Numbered from the stretch's first letter, positions 9,607 through 20,025 are shown. The stretch is DNA of 51,564 nt from an uncultured Gammaproteobacteria bacterium (GCA_964343355.1 CAYFJC010000002.1:1-51564); one strand, 5' to 3'. The notes: generated from the letters alone by a model not told the origin. Program-made: numbers and translations.

Positions 9607-9618
9607 TCGATAATTAGA

Positions 9619-11337
9619 ATGGAATTCTGGATAAAAAAGATCTTGTCAATGCGGATAAGCAAACTAAGTCATATCTTGGTAATCTTTTTTATAACAATCA
9701 CCATGTCGAGTTGCGGAGGAGGCGGAGGAAGCGCAAGTAATGACTTAACTCCAGAGACTAATTCAGCAACCGCATCTATAACAGCAAATCCAACTACTGT
9801 ATTTTTGGGCGAGTCTACTATAGTCTCGTGGAGTAGTACTAGCGCATCTTCTTGCACGGCATCAGGGTATTGGTCTGGTACTAAATCAACATCTGGAAGC
9901 GAAACTGTTTTTATTACTAGTTATGGTGATCAGGGCTTTACCATCACATGCGGAGATGCCTCTTCAAGTGTCGAAATTACTGTCAACACAGAAGATTCTG
10001 AAGGCTCGTGTGTTAATCCACACAATCCAGATATCCCACAATCTTACCTAGGAGAATACGAAGTGCCGATGGCTCAAAATTCATTTGGCGATGATCATCT
10101 TTATAAAGGCATAGGATTGAAAGATTACTCAGCAGGACAAGTTTACGCCGCCCACCAAAGAGCTGGTACTAGTTGGATAGCTGATTGTACTGAAATCGAA
10201 TACAAAAAACTTATGTATAGGATGACACTTCGTAGACTTAAAGATCACGGCGTGAATACTGCATCGATTTATAACTATGGTTATTGGGACGTGACTAATG
10301 ATGGGGCATGGGAAGTAAATCATGATACCAAAGATTTGTCTGATGCTGATATTGATATGATTACTGCAATAGCAAATGACCTAGGATTAGATTTGCATTA
10401 TGCATGGCAATTTAATATGCGTATTGCAAATACTGATCAATTGCTGTTTCCGTTTGACGGGAACGTTAGGCTTGATATGCCACTGTTAATAAAAATTATG
10501 GATGCACATGAAAAACATATGGTATGGGAAGCAGATCGATTGGAGACTCTCGGTGTTGAATCTGTATCAGCAGATTGGAGTGCTATGTGGTTATGTTTTT
10601 CATGTGGTTTAGACGATCAAGGGCATACTCAGGCAGAAACTGATGCACTCAAAGACTATTACATGGAAAGAATGGGTATTCTTATCGACAAAATAAGAGA
10701 AAGATTCTCAGGCAAAGTATATATGGGTGAAGGTCTGGTCTGGAATGATAAACGCGTATTTGACAAGGTGGATGGTGTTGGGCTTTCTGTCGATATGAGA
10801 CTGACTGCTGAAGAAGTTACATATGCAACTGTTGATCTACTGCATGAAAAAGCCGCATGGTCGATTCAAAATACGTATGAGGAATGGAATTGTTTAACTC
10901 AATATCCTTGTTGGCATAATTCAAGTACAACTATACCCAAAGTCATCTTCAACTTTTTTAGTCAAAGTAATACAAGATACTTGTCAAAGGGCTGGTGGGA
11001 AGATGGATTCTGCACAGCAGGAACTCTTGATGGTGTCTATTATGAATGTACACAATATCAGATACAGACTGATTTCTCGGCTCAAGCAATGCTTACAGAA
11101 GGAGTATTGAGAGCAGTCGATAATCAAGCAGTGTTTGAGGTGTTAGGTACGACTACAACCACTGGATACTGGTTATCTGACACATTGTATGCAGAACCTG
11201 ATCAGCATTCTAACAAGACACCACTTGAAGGATTCCCCAATATTTCTCAGTCAATTAGAGGGAAACCAGCAGAAAAAATTATTAAATACTGGTACACAGG
11301 CGAATACGAAGCATATACCCCTGTTTATACTGATTAA
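9619..11337 (+). CDS. Hypothetical secreted lipoprotein with an Ig-like N-terminal domain and a large uncharacterized C-terminal domain
   Basis: 572 aa. Lipobox-like FFITITMSSC followed by a GGGGGS linker. An approximately 70-aa Ser/Thr-rich beta domain follows (ITANPTTVFLGESTIVSWSSTSASSCTASGYWSG...TITCGD). The remaining 430 aa or so have no motif I can name. The start may be the internal Met at 9649 (MRISKLSH...). Confidence 0.6.
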   Translation: MEFWIKKILSMRISKLSHILVIFFITITMSSCGGGGGSASNDLTPETNSATASITANPTTVFLGESTIVSWSSTSASSCTASGYWSGTKSTSGSETVFITSYGDQGFTITCGDASSSVEITVNTEDSEGSCVNPHNPDIPQSYLGEYEVPMAQNSFGDDHLYKGIGLKDYSAGQVYAAHQRAGTSWIADCTEIEYKKLMYRMTLRRLKDHGVNTASIYNYGYWDVTNDGAWEVNHDTKDLSDADIDMITAIANDLGLDLHYAWQFNMRIANTDQLLFPFDGNVRLDMPLLIKIMDAHEKHMVWEADRLETLGVESVSADWSAMWLCFSCGLDDQGHTQAETDALKDYYMERMGILIDKIRERFSGKVYMGEGLVWNDKRVFDKVDGVGLSVDMRLTAEEVTYATVDLLHEKAAWSIQNTYEEWNCLTQYPCWHNSSTTIPKVIFNFFSQSNTRYLSKGWWEDGFCTAGTLDGVYYECTQYQIQTDFSAQAMLTEGVLRAVDNQAVFEVLGTTTTTGYWLSDTLYAEPDQHSNKTPLEGFPNISQSIRGKPAEKIIKYWYTGEYEAYTPVYTD

Positions 11338-12572
11338 GATTTATGCTGCATCAATAGATAGGCTGCGTAAGCTCCAATAAATCCACAAGCAGATATTATT
11401 AAATAGTAAATTTGATAACCAAGCACACCAGGATATTGCTCTAGGAGAGGCGCACTAATTAACGGGAGATAGAATTCAGGAAAGTAACCAATCATTGAAA
11501 TGACACCGATAGCTAATCCTTTAGTTTTATTAGGAACATTACATCCAGCTAATGTAGCCCAGTAGACTCCCCTCACTCCATAGGTTAATAAGCCTATTAA
11601 CAATACAACAAGTAACATAACAATAACGGATGAAGCGGCAGGTAAAAATGCCATGATTCCGAGTGATAGAGATGCAAGTGTCAGTAGTATGGAGAGAACT
11701 TTTTCCGGACTACTCCAGTCACCAATAAAACCAGCTGTAATTCCTCCAATAGGTCTCATCCATAATTTAGCTACAGTAATTGTTCCCACTGCAACAGCTG
11801 TTAAACCAAAATTTTGCTGCAGATAGGCTGAAAAAGAGTATGTTGCATAAAACAACTGATAACCGCAGATAATACAGATTGCACACAACCAGATTTCACG
11901 ATGTTTTAATATAGTTTTTAAATCAGCTATAAAATTAGTATTAGTAACCTTTGTATTATCATCCTCAAAGTCATCAAGAAGCCAATAGACAAGAGGAGAT
12001 ACCACAAGTAAAACTCCTATATAAAGATAAATAACCTGCCTTAATGCCATGCTTGTTGATCCAGATTCCTGACTTAATACATAAGCAAAAAGAGTGATAG
12101 CAATTGTAGCTAAAATAGCTTCAACCAAGCCTCGTCCTCCATCTAGAATTCCAAAGAATTTACCCTGTTGATCTTTTTTTGCAAGTATTGCTACTAACTT
12201 AATATGTGCTGACCAAAAAGTAAGTCCTGTAGCAATACCCCATGCTCCATAGATAACTAATAACGAAGAATAAGAGGGCATTGTTGAAAACCAAATACCT
12301 AATAAAGCAGTCGCTAATAAAGAGTAGGCAAGTAATTTACGAGATGAAAAGCGATCTGCGAGCCAACCACTTGGAACGTAGCTAATCATAAAAATAAGCC
12401 CAAGCATCGAGCTACAGTAACGAAGCTGTGTCTGAGTAATATCGAAGGATTCTAATATGGAAATCTCAAAATTTTGTCTCAGATAAAGAAGGGGATATAT
12501 AGCTCCAGCAGCAACAACAATGAGTGCGAGCTGACTATAGCTTCGAAAAGCATCCGATCTTAGAGATACCAA
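11334..12572 (-). CDS. MFS transporter
   Basis: 412 aa with about 12 hydrophobic helices and the loop motif GWLADRFSSRKLL between TM2 and TM3. The start codon reads TTG in the sequence. The stop overlaps the convergent gene by 4 nt (ttaa). Confidence 0.8.
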   Translation of the reverse strand: MVSLRSDAFRSYSQLALIVVAAGAIYPLLYLRQNFEISILESFDITQTQLRYCSSMLGLIFMISYVPSGWLADRFSSRKLLAYSLLATALLGIWFSTMPSYSSLLVIYGAWGIATGLTFWSAHIKLVAILAKKDQQGKFFGILDGGRGLVEAILATIAITLFAYVLSQESGSTSMALRQVIYLYIGVLLVVSPLVYWLLDDFEDDNTKVTNTNFIADLKTILKHREIWLCAICIICGYQLFYATYSFSAYLQQNFGLTAVAVGTITVAKLWMRPIGGITAGFIGDWSSPEKVLSILLTLASLSLGIMAFLPAASSVIVMLLVVLLIGLLTYGVRGVYWATLAGCNVPNKTKGLAIGVISMIGYFPEFYLPLISAPLLEQYPGVLGYQIYYLIISACGFIGAYAAYLLMQHKS

Positions 12573-12725
12573 AGAAAATCCTCATTTAGACTTAGTGATC
12601 TAGTGTAGCCTTAATAGAAGACAACACACAAAAATATCCGTATAACTTAAACCTTATCTTGCTTTGTCTAACCTATTAATAAGGTATTATTAACTACATA
12701 ACATTTATTTATTAAGGAGAAAGTC

Positions 12726-13121
12726 ATGATAGCAAGAATATTATCTGGTCTAGTTGGAGCAGTAATGCTTATTTCAGCTCTAAATTGGATTATTGATCCA
12801 GTTGCAGCTGCAGCAAGTCTTGAGATTAAGGAAAGTTTAAGCCAGGTTGGTGGTGAAACTTTATTAGGAAGAAATACATTAATTGGTGATCTCACTTCTT
12901 TCTTTTTTACAGCTGGTATTTTGTCCTGTATTGGTTCTTATAGAAATGAATATGAGTGGCTTTATGGTCCTTTAGTATTACTAGGATCAGCAGCTATATT
13001 TAGATTAACTGCAGGCGTTATGCATGGTACTGAATTTTGGGTAGCTGGAATAATGTCAGAGATTCTTTTTGCAATTATGCTTATTGTTAGTATAAATTTA
13101 ATGAAAAAATCTTCTACTTAG
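12726..13121 (+). CDS. Small 4-TM membrane protein (possibly DUF4345-like)
   Basis: 131 aa with four hydrophobic segments. A GGAGA Shine-Dalgarno sequence lies 6 nt upstream of the ATG. The family assignment is uncertain. Confidence 0.5.
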   Translation: MIARILSGLVGAVMLISALNWIIDPVAAAASLEIKESLSQVGGETLLGRNTLIGDLTSFFFTAGILSCIGSYRNEYEWLYGPLVLLGSAAIFRLTAGVMHGTEFWVAGIMSEILFAIMLIVSINLMKKSST

Positions 13122-13162
13122 TTTTAAGAATTAATCAGCTTTAATTTTAGAATCTCTTAACT

Positions 13163-13498
13163 ATGGAAAAACTATTTTCTTATGGAACTTTGCAGCAAGA
13201 AAATGTCCAACTTAAAAGTTTTAACAGAGTTCTTGATGGTGTTTTAGATGTCCTACAAGGTTATCAGCTAGAGGAATTAGAAATTACAGACGAGTTTGTA
13301 GTTAAGACTAGTCAAAAAAAATCTCATCCAATTATTTTTTCATCAAACAGTCTTCAGGATGAGATAAACGGCACAGTATTTAAAATTACTTCATCAGAAT
13401 TATTACATGCAGATAGTTATGAGGTTGCAGATTACAAAAGAGCAGAAGTTACTTTAAAGTCGGGCATTAGATGCTGGGCTTACATCGGTAATAGATAA
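13163..13498 (+). CDS. Gamma-glutamylcyclotransferase (AIG2/GGACT-like) family protein
   Basis: 111 aa. The N-terminal LFSYGTLQ motif and the size are typical of the GGCT-like fold. Confidence 0.6.
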   Translation: MEKLFSYGTLQQENVQLKSFNRVLDGVLDVLQGYQLEELEITDEFVVKTSQKKSHPIIFSSNSLQDEINGTVFKITSSELLHADSYEVADYKRAEVTLKSGIRCWAYIGNR

Positions 13499-13504
13499 CT
13501 TAAT

Positions 13505-14551
13505 ATGAGTATTTGGTCTGCTGATTTAGCAAATAGCTGGTACAAGGACCAGGATTGGCTAGTAGGCTGTAATTTTCTTCCCAGTTCTTCAATTAATCAA
13601 TTGGAAATGTTCCAAAAAGATACTTTTGATATTGAAACCATAAAGAGAGAAATTGGTTGGGCAAAAAATCTTGGGTTTAATACCTTAAGAGTATATTTGC
13701 ATGATTTGTTATGGGAGGAGAAAAATGAATTCATTTATACATTTAATATTTTTCTTGATATCTGTAGTGAGTTTTCAATAAAACCAATGATTGTTTTATT
13801 TGATGATTGCCATTACCCGCTAGCCGAATTAGGTAAGCAACCACTTCCTATTAAAGGTGTTCATAATTCAGGATGGAAGCAAAGCCCAGGCCATTCAATT
13901 GTTGCAGAGATATCACGCGCAAACTCTTCAATGCATCTCCCTAGGTTGAAGAGATTTACTCAAGAAGTTTTAGATTTATATAAAGACGATGAAAGAATTT
14001 TGATGTGGGATTTGTACAATGAGCCTGGACAATTTGGAATAGGAGAAACTTCTTTAACTCTATTGGAGTATGTATGGGATTGGGCTCATGAAGTTAGGCC
14101 AAGTCAGCCCCTCACAGCATGTCTTGATGGTGCTATTGGAGATAATATTATTGCTTTAAATAAAAAAAATTCTGACATCATAACTTTTCATACCTACGAG
14201 GCTGATAAATTAAATCCTACCATTGAAGAATTAAGTAAGACTGGCCGACCGCTCATGTGTACTGAATATATGGCAAGGGAATACGGAACCACTTTTGAGT
14301 TTTGTTTACCCATATTTAAAGACAAAAATATTGCATGTTATAACTGGGGACTAGTTGCAGGAAAGAGCCAAACTCATTTTAGCTGGGAAACAATTTTTTA
14401 TTTAAATGAACGAAGAGACAGAGGTGAATTAGTGCAAGTTGGGGACCAGATCATAGAGCCGGAGGTTTGGTTTCATGATATTTATAGAAAAGATGGCTCC
14501 TCTTTTAGTGATAAAGAAATACTTTTCATTAAAAAAATACTTAATAGGTAA
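13505..14551 (+). CDS. Cytoplasmic clan GH-A glycoside hydrolase (GH5-like; often annotated as 1,4-beta-xylanase)
   Basis: 348 aa with no signal peptide. FNTLRVYLH, the acid/base motif WDLYNEPG and the candidate nucleophile LMCTEYMA fit a (beta/alpha)8 retaining glycosidase. Confidence 0.7.
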   Translation: MSIWSADLANSWYKDQDWLVGCNFLPSSSINQLEMFQKDTFDIETIKREIGWAKNLGFNTLRVYLHDLLWEEKNEFIYTFNIFLDICSEFSIKPMIVLFDDCHYPLAELGKQPLPIKGVHNSGWKQSPGHSIVAEISRANSSMHLPRLKRFTQEVLDLYKDDERILMWDLYNEPGQFGIGETSLTLLEYVWDWAHEVRPSQPLTACLDGAIGDNIIALNKKNSDIITFHTYEADKLNPTIEELSKTGRPLMCTEYMAREYGTTFEFCLPIFKDKNIACYNWGLVAGKSQTHFSWETIFYLNERRDRGELVQVGDQIIEPEVWFHDIYRKDGSSFSDKEILFIKKILNR

Positions 14552-14553
14552 TC

Positions 14554-15786
14554 ATGCTTAATAAAAAATTCGATATTATTGTTCTTGGTGCAGGTGCCGC
14601 AGGATTAATGACAGCATTAACAGCAGCGCAAAGAAATAAAACTGTTCTGGTATTAGAGAAATCTAATAAAGCTGGAAAAAAAATATTAATGTCTGGCGGC
14701 GGGCGTTCTAATTTTACAAATCTTTATGTTGAAGCTGAGAACTTTCTTTCCAACAATCCTCATTTCTGCAAGTCAGCTCTAAAAAGATATACCCCCGATG
14801 ATTTTATTGCCATGGTTCAAAAACATGGTATTGATTATGAAGAGAAAAAACACCATCAATTATTTTGTATTAATTCTTCAAAAGATATTCTTAATATGCT
14901 GATAGAAGAGTGCGCTGAGTTAGGGGTAGAAATTCATACAGATGTAGAAACTGAAAAAGTAGTAAAAATTAACAAGGAAGGTGCCGAGCCTTTATATGAG
15001 GTTACTTCAGTATTTAATAGCAAAACATCTACAGAAAAAATTGCTCTTCAATGCAAATCTCTAGTAGTTGCAACTGGAGCTCTTTCAATACCAACACTAG
15101 GCGGGAGTGGCTTTGGTTATGAATTAGCTAAAGAATTTAAATTACCACTTATTCCTCGAAGAGCAAGCTTAGTTCCATTTATGTTTTCTGATGAAATTAA
15201 AGGCTTATGTGAAAGATTAACCGGTTTATCTGCTCCTGTAGATATTATTAGCAATGGTATGAATTTTTCAGAATCAATGTTATTTACCCATCGAGGATTA
15301 AGCGGGCCAGCAATTCTTCAAATTTCAAATTACTGGAATCCTGGAGATGAAATTACTATTAATCTTCTTCCTGAGATTAATGTATCTGAAATGTTATTAA
15401 TTAAAAAAATAGAAGATCCTAAAACTTCTATTAAAAAGCATTTAAATGATTTGTTACCAAAGGCTCTTGTCCTTGAATTAGAGGAAATGTGGTGGGCTGA
15501 TTATAAAGACCATATGCTTGCTGAGATTAGTAAAGAAAATATACAAAATATTGGCAATATTTTGAATGCTTGGAGTTTGAAGCCTGCAGCCACAGAGGGC
15601 TATAGAACAGCTGAGGTGACACTTGGTGGGGTTGACACTGATGTAATTAATTCAAAAACCATGGAAACTAAAGATCATCCTGGTTTATTTTTTGTAGGAG
15701 AGGTTCTTGATGTAACTGGTCATCTTGGAGGCTACAATTTTCAATGGGCATGGGCATCTGGCTATAGCGCAGGGTTAGTTGTATAA
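14554..15786 (+). CDS. HI0933/YhiN (BaiN-like) family FAD-dependent oxidoreductase
   Basis: 410 aa. Rossmann motif DIIVLGAGAAGLM and the family signature MSGGGRSNFTN. Confidence 0.85.
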   Translation: MLNKKFDIIVLGAGAAGLMTALTAAQRNKTVLVLEKSNKAGKKILMSGGGRSNFTNLYVEAENFLSNNPHFCKSALKRYTPDDFIAMVQKHGIDYEEKKHHQLFCINSSKDILNMLIEECAELGVEIHTDVETEKVVKINKEGAEPLYEVTSVFNSKTSTEKIALQCKSLVVATGALSIPTLGGSGFGYELAKEFKLPLIPRRASLVPFMFSDEIKGLCERLTGLSAPVDIISNGMNFSESMLFTHRGLSGPAILQISNYWNPGDEITINLLPEINVSEMLLIKKIEDPKTSIKKHLNDLLPKALVLELEEMWWADYKDHMLAEISKENIQNIGNILNAWSLKPAATEGYRTAEVTLGGVDTDVINSKTMETKDHPGLFFVGEVLDVTGHLGGYNFQWAWASGYSAGLVV

Positions 15787-15787
15787 A

Positions 15788-16216
15788 ATGGACTACTCAG
15801 ATAAATTTATAAAAGAAATACTTACAGAGGTAAGAACTATTGCAGTTGTAGGAGCAAGCTCTAAGCCTGAACGAGATAGTTATAAGGTCATAGAATTCTT
15901 GTTAGATAATGGCTATGAAGTATTCCCAGTTAATCCTAATGAGGAAGGTAACTCAGTCCTAGGGCTTAATTTTTATTCTAATTTAAAGTCAATTCAACAA
16001 TCTATTGATATGGTTGATGTATTTCGTTTTCCAGATGCAGTAATGGGAGTAGCTGAAGAGGCAATTCAAATTAATGCTAAAGTTTTATGGCTACAGCTTA
16101 AAATAATCAATCATGAAGCCGCTAATCTTGCTGAAGCAGCTGGCCTGAAGGTGATTATGGATAGATGCCCTAAAATAGAATTTAAGAAATTAAATTGGAC
16201 TAGTAAGTCTAATTAG
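15788..16216 (+). CDS. CoA-binding domain protein (YccU-like)
   Basis: Motif IAVVGASSKPERDSYKV. The ORF track starts at a TTG (15779) that overlaps the upstream gene. I prefer the ATG at 15788, 1 nt after the upstream stop (MDYSDKF...). Confidence 0.8.
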   Translation: MDYSDKFIKEILTEVRTIAVVGASSKPERDSYKVIEFLLDNGYEVFPVNPNEEGNSVLGLNFYSNLKSIQQSIDMVDVFRFPDAVMGVAEEAIQINAKVLWLQLKIINHEAANLAEAAGLKVIMDRCPKIEFKKLNWTSKSN

Positions 16217-16231
16217 CTTTAAATAATATAT

Positions 16232-17032
16232 ATGGAAACTGATAATTTTTTACTAAAAGATAAAATTGATAATGGCATTCTTCGCCTCACTCTCAATAAT
16301 TTAAAGCATCAAAATACCTTATCTGAAGCAATGATGGAGTCTTTAAAAAAAGAACTATTAGATGTCGCAAGCAATGAATCCACTAGAGTGGTTATTTTAG
16401 CTGCAAATGGCCCTATTTTTTGTGCAGGACATGACTTAAAAGAGATAACAGAAGCGCGAAATAATAAAGACTCCGGACATGCTTACTTTGAAAAGTTATT
16501 TAATACCTGCTCTGAGTTAATGCAATTAATAGTTAATAACCCTAAACCTATTATTGCTGAAGTGAATGGAATTGCTACTGCTGCAGGCTGTCAATTAGTT
16601 GCGAGCTGCGATCTTGCTATTGCTTCTGATGAAGCAAAGTTTGCTACTCCTGGGGTAAATATAGGTTTATTCTGTTCAACTCCAATGGTTGCATTATCAA
16701 GAAATATATCAAATAAACATGCAATGGAAATGCTCCTTACAGGGGAGATGATAGATGCAAAAAAAGCTAAAGAGATTGGTTTAATTAATAATAATGTAAG
16801 CAGCAAAAACTTAATGCAAGAGACATTAATATTAGCTAAAAAAGTTGCGAGCAAATCATCTATGACTCTTAAAGTTGGAAAACAAGCCTTTTATGCTCAA
16901 TCTTCATTAGATCTGCATCAAGCATATAAATATACTTCAAAGGTGATGTTAGACAATATATTAAAAGATGACGCAAAAGAGGGTATAGATGCATTTATTA
17001 ATAAACGTGATCCTGAATGGAGAGATAAATAA
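16232..17032 (+). CDS. Enoyl-CoA hydratase/isomerase (crotonase) family protein
   Basis: 266 aa. Oxyanion-hole region ANGPIFCAGHDLKE and the second helix motif GIATAAGCQLV. Confidence 0.9.
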   Translation: METDNFLLKDKIDNGILRLTLNNLKHQNTLSEAMMESLKKELLDVASNESTRVVILAANGPIFCAGHDLKEITEARNNKDSGHAYFEKLFNTCSELMQLIVNNPKPIIAEVNGIATAAGCQLVASCDLAIASDEAKFATPGVNIGLFCSTPMVALSRNISNKHAMEMLLTGEMIDAKKAKEIGLINNNVSSKNLMQETLILAKKVASKSSMTLKVGKQAFYAQSSLDLHQAYKYTSKVMLDNILKDDAKEGIDAFINKRDPEWRDK

Positions 17033-17149
17033 AGGATGAAATTCAAGTCAGGTGATCTGCAATAGGACTAGCTCCGACTTCCATATTTTTTATAATATCT
17101 AAAAATGATTAAATCTATTAAAATATTATTTTAATAAAATATATTAAAT

Positions 17150-17752
17150 ATGAGTGATACAAGAGATAAAAATATAGAATTTAATGTTTCATCTGTTGCT
17201 GAATTTACCCAAGAGTATTTTCAGGCCATGAGCGATGCTCAAAAGGAAATAGATTTATCAGACCTCCCTGAGATAATTAAAGTCATTCAAGACACAATAG
17301 ATTCTGGTTCAACTGTCTACTCGATGGGTAATGGCGGCTCCAGTGCTATTGCAGATCACCTCGTATGTGATTTTACAAAAGGGTGTTTTACCGATCATTC
17401 AAAGCTTAAATCATTTTCTTTAAATTCTAATACTCCATTATTTACAGCCATATCTAATGATCTGTCATATAAAGAATCTTTCTCAAAGCAGTTGGAATAT
17501 TATCTAGATGATAGTGATGTTATTCTACTCATTTCCTCATCAGGTAATAGCGATAATATAGTCAATGCGATTGATTACGCTAATCAAAGAGGTATTAAGA
17601 GTATTACATTAACTGGCTTTGATGGTGGTGATGCTAAGATTAAATCAAGTTTAAACATTCATGTTTCCATTGATAATTATGGAATCATTGAAGATATTCA
17701 TCAGTCTTTAGTGCATGTGATAGCTCAATTTGTGTATTTAAAAAATAAATAA
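17150..17752 (+). CDS. SIS-domain protein (GmhA/DiaA-like sugar-phosphate isomerase)
   Basis: 200 aa. MGNGGSSAIADHL and ISSSGNSDNIVNAI are the SIS phosphosugar-binding motifs. I cannot distinguish GmhA from DiaA by eye. Confidence 0.8.
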   Translation: MSDTRDKNIEFNVSSVAEFTQEYFQAMSDAQKEIDLSDLPEIIKVIQDTIDSGSTVYSMGNGGSSAIADHLVCDFTKGCFTDHSKLKSFSLNSNTPLFTAISNDLSYKESFSKQLEYYLDDSDVILLISSSGNSDNIVNAIDYANQRGIKSITLTGFDGGDAKIKSSLNIHVSIDNYGIIEDIHQSLVHVIAQFVYLKNK

Positions 17753-17764
17753 ATTTAATTAAAA

Positions 17765-18790
17765 ATGTCAGTTCAAGAATATGGTCGACTCATGGTAGAT
17801 ATCGAAGGCATATCTCTATCTGATGATGATATTTCTTTAATTAAAAACCCTCATGTAGGCGGGCTAATTCTTTTTGAAAGAAATTTTCAATCTCGTCAAC
17901 AATTAAACTCCTTATGCACATCTATTAAAAATATCAAAGATGAAATATTAATAGCTGTCGATCATGAGGGTGGACGAGTGCAGCGCTTTAAAGATGATTT
18001 CACTCATATACCTTCTATGCAATCTTTAGGCGATTTTGCAAAAAAAAATCCTATTGATGGAATTAATCTAGCAAAAGATATTGGCTGGTTACTTTCCTCA
18101 GAATTAATTTCTTCTGGAATAGATATTAGCTTTACCCCTGTTTTAGATATAGACAGAGATAGAAGTACTATTATTGGTAATAGGTCCTTTGGTGATGACC
18201 CTCAACTTGTAATAGATGTAGCAGAGGCCTTAATTGAAGGTATGAATGATGCGGGTATGGCTGCAACAGGAAAACATTTCCCAGGACATGGTGGCGTAGC
18301 CGAGGATAGTCACATAGAAGCCCCTATAGACAATAGAGCATTAGAAGAATTATTTGAACATGATTTAAAGCCATATATTGTTTTACAAGATTTGCTTGGT
18401 GGAATCATGTCAGCACATTTAACTTTTCCAAATATTGATTCTGATTCTGTGGGTTTCTCATTTTTTTGGCTTACAACTATTCTTCGACAACAATTAGGGT
18501 TTAATGGTGTTATTTTTAGTGATGATTTATCTATGAAGGGTGCTGACATAGCTGGTAACTATTCTGATAAAGCAAGAATGGCCTTAGAAGCTGGTTGCGA
18601 TATGATACTAGTTTGCAATAATAGAGCAGGATCAAAAGAAGTAATAAAGTACTTAACAGAGAATAAAATTTCTAAAACTTCTAAAATAACTACTATGTTA
18701 AAAAATAATGAAATAGAATGGGATGAATTTAAGAATCACCCAAGAAGATTAAACACTATAGCTATGATAAATAACATGCGATTAATATAA
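17765..18790 (+). CDS. nagZ: Beta-N-acetylhexosaminidase NagZ (GH3, peptidoglycan recycling)
   Basis: 341 aa. It carries the NagZ signatures VDHEGGRVQRF and KHFPGHGGVAEDSH. Confidence 0.9.
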   Translation: MSVQEYGRLMVDIEGISLSDDDISLIKNPHVGGLILFERNFQSRQQLNSLCTSIKNIKDEILIAVDHEGGRVQRFKDDFTHIPSMQSLGDFAKKNPIDGINLAKDIGWLLSSELISSGIDISFTPVLDIDRDRSTIIGNRSFGDDPQLVIDVAEALIEGMNDAGMAATGKHFPGHGGVAEDSHIEAPIDNRALEELFEHDLKPYIVLQDLLGGIMSAHLTFPNIDSDSVGFSFFWLTTILRQQLGFNGVIFSDDLSMKGADIAGNYSDKARMALEAGCDMILVCNNRAGSKEVIKYLTENKISKTSKITTMLKNNEIEWDEFKNHPRRLNTIAMINNMRLI

Positions 18791-20025
18791 TGGATTACGT
18801 CCCTCTAGCAGTTCCATTTTTTCTTTTAGCTATAGCGCTAGAATTTATATATGGTTGGGTTAAGAACAAAAATACATATCGTTTAAATGATACTGTGAGC
18901 AGTCTTTTTATGGGATCTCTAAGTACCGCCTCTAAATTAGTTCTTATCGGTGTCGGCGGTGCAGTTTTTTATTCTATTGAAACCTATTATGCGCTTTGGA
19001 GAATGGATGATAGTCTGGCAATTACTTGGATTTTTGCTTTTGTAGCATACGATCTTTGTTATTACTGTTTTCACAGAATTGGCCATGAACGTCAGATATT
19101 TTGGGCTTCTCATGTTGCACATCATCAAAGTGAAGAATACAACTTATCAACCGCATTAAGACAAACCAGCAGCAGTTTTTTATTAAATTGGATATTTTAC
19201 GTCCCTTTATTCCTTATAGGCGTTCCTGCAAAAGTTTTTGTAACCGTTGCCTCTGTAAATCTTATTTATCAATTTTGGGTTCATAGCCAACATATTCCAA
19301 AGCTTGGCTGGTACGAACTCTTTTTTGTTTCACCTTCAAACCATAGAGTTCATCACGCAACTAATGATCTTTACATAGATAAAAATTATGGAGGAGTCTT
19401 TATTATCTGGGATAGGATGTTTGGAACTTTTCAAGAAGAGCAAGAAGATGACCCATGTGTCTATGGAATAAGAGGACCCATTAGATCCTTTAATCCACTT
19501 TGGGCAAATGCTCATATCTATCTTGGAATCATTAAAGATTTTCTTCGTGCAGAAAAATTAAAAGATAAATTTCATGTTTTGGTAGCTAGAACTGGTTGGC
19601 AGCCTAAAGATGTTGCTAAAAAATATCCACGTGAGAAATATGATTATGCAACTTATATCAAATTTGACCCAGTGGTTAGCAAGCTAATAAGTCTATATGG
19701 GTTTATTCAATTAATAGTATTAGCCATAGTTGGACCTCTTATTATTGAATACGGCTCTTCAAATTACATATTGGGAGTTATATATGTTGGAATGCTTGTT
19801 TTTACTATGGTTTCAACCTCAAGATGGCTAGAAGGCAGGCCTGCAATGTATATGGAAGCTACAAGACTTTTAGTTTTTACGGTAATAGGAGTAATGGGAT
19901 TACAGTATTCAAGCAGTAGCGAAGCAGCGATATTTTTATTAATTTATATTTTTATAAATATATTAGCTCTTCCTTTATTAGGCAAAGTATCCAATAGCCA
20001 GAATAGCGAACTACAGCATGGGTGA
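18790..20025 (+). CDS. Fatty-acid hydroxylase superfamily (sterol desaturase family) membrane di-iron enzyme with a C-terminal multi-TM extension, AGMO/TMEM195-like
   Basis: 411 aa. The eight-His motif is HRIGHE, HVAHHQ and HRVHHA. An extension of about 180 aa follows DRMFGTF and contains LEGRPAMYMEATRLLVF. The start overlaps the nagZ stop (taATG). Confidence 0.75.
   Translation: MDYVPLAVPFFLLAIALEFIYGWVKNKNTYRLNDTVSSLFMGSLSTASKLVLIGVGGAVFYSIETYYALWRMDDSLAITWIFAFVAYDLCYYCFHRIGHERQIFWASHVAHHQSEEYNLSTALRQTSSSFLLNWIFYVPLFLIGVPAKVFVTVASVNLIYQFWVHSQHIPKLGWYELFFVSPSNHRVHHATNDLYIDKNYGGVFIIWDRMFGTFQEEQEDDPCVYGIRGPIRSFNPLWANAHIYLGIIKDFLRAEKLKDKFHVLVARTGWQPKDVAKKYPREKYDYATYIKFDPVVSKLISLYGFIQLIVLAIVGPLIIEYGSSNYILGVIYVGMLVFTMVSTSRWLEGRPAMYMEATRLLVFTVIGVMGLQYSSSSEAAIFLLIYIFINILALPLLGKVSNSQNSELQHG

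Noticed and set aside
15779-15787. The TTG start given by the ORF track for the CoA-binding protein, which overlaps the upstream gene by 8 nt.
   Set aside because: An in-frame ATG at 15788 lies 1 nt after the upstream stop and gives a normal N-terminus. The longest-ORF rule probably over-extends this gene.
17045-17091. A possible terminator after the crotonase gene: aagtc ... gactt followed by a T-run.
   Set aside because: The stem is only 5 bp with a 26-nt loop, and the T-run is interrupted. This is too weak to call. A 9-codon uORF (17105-17134) in the same spacer is also likely chance.
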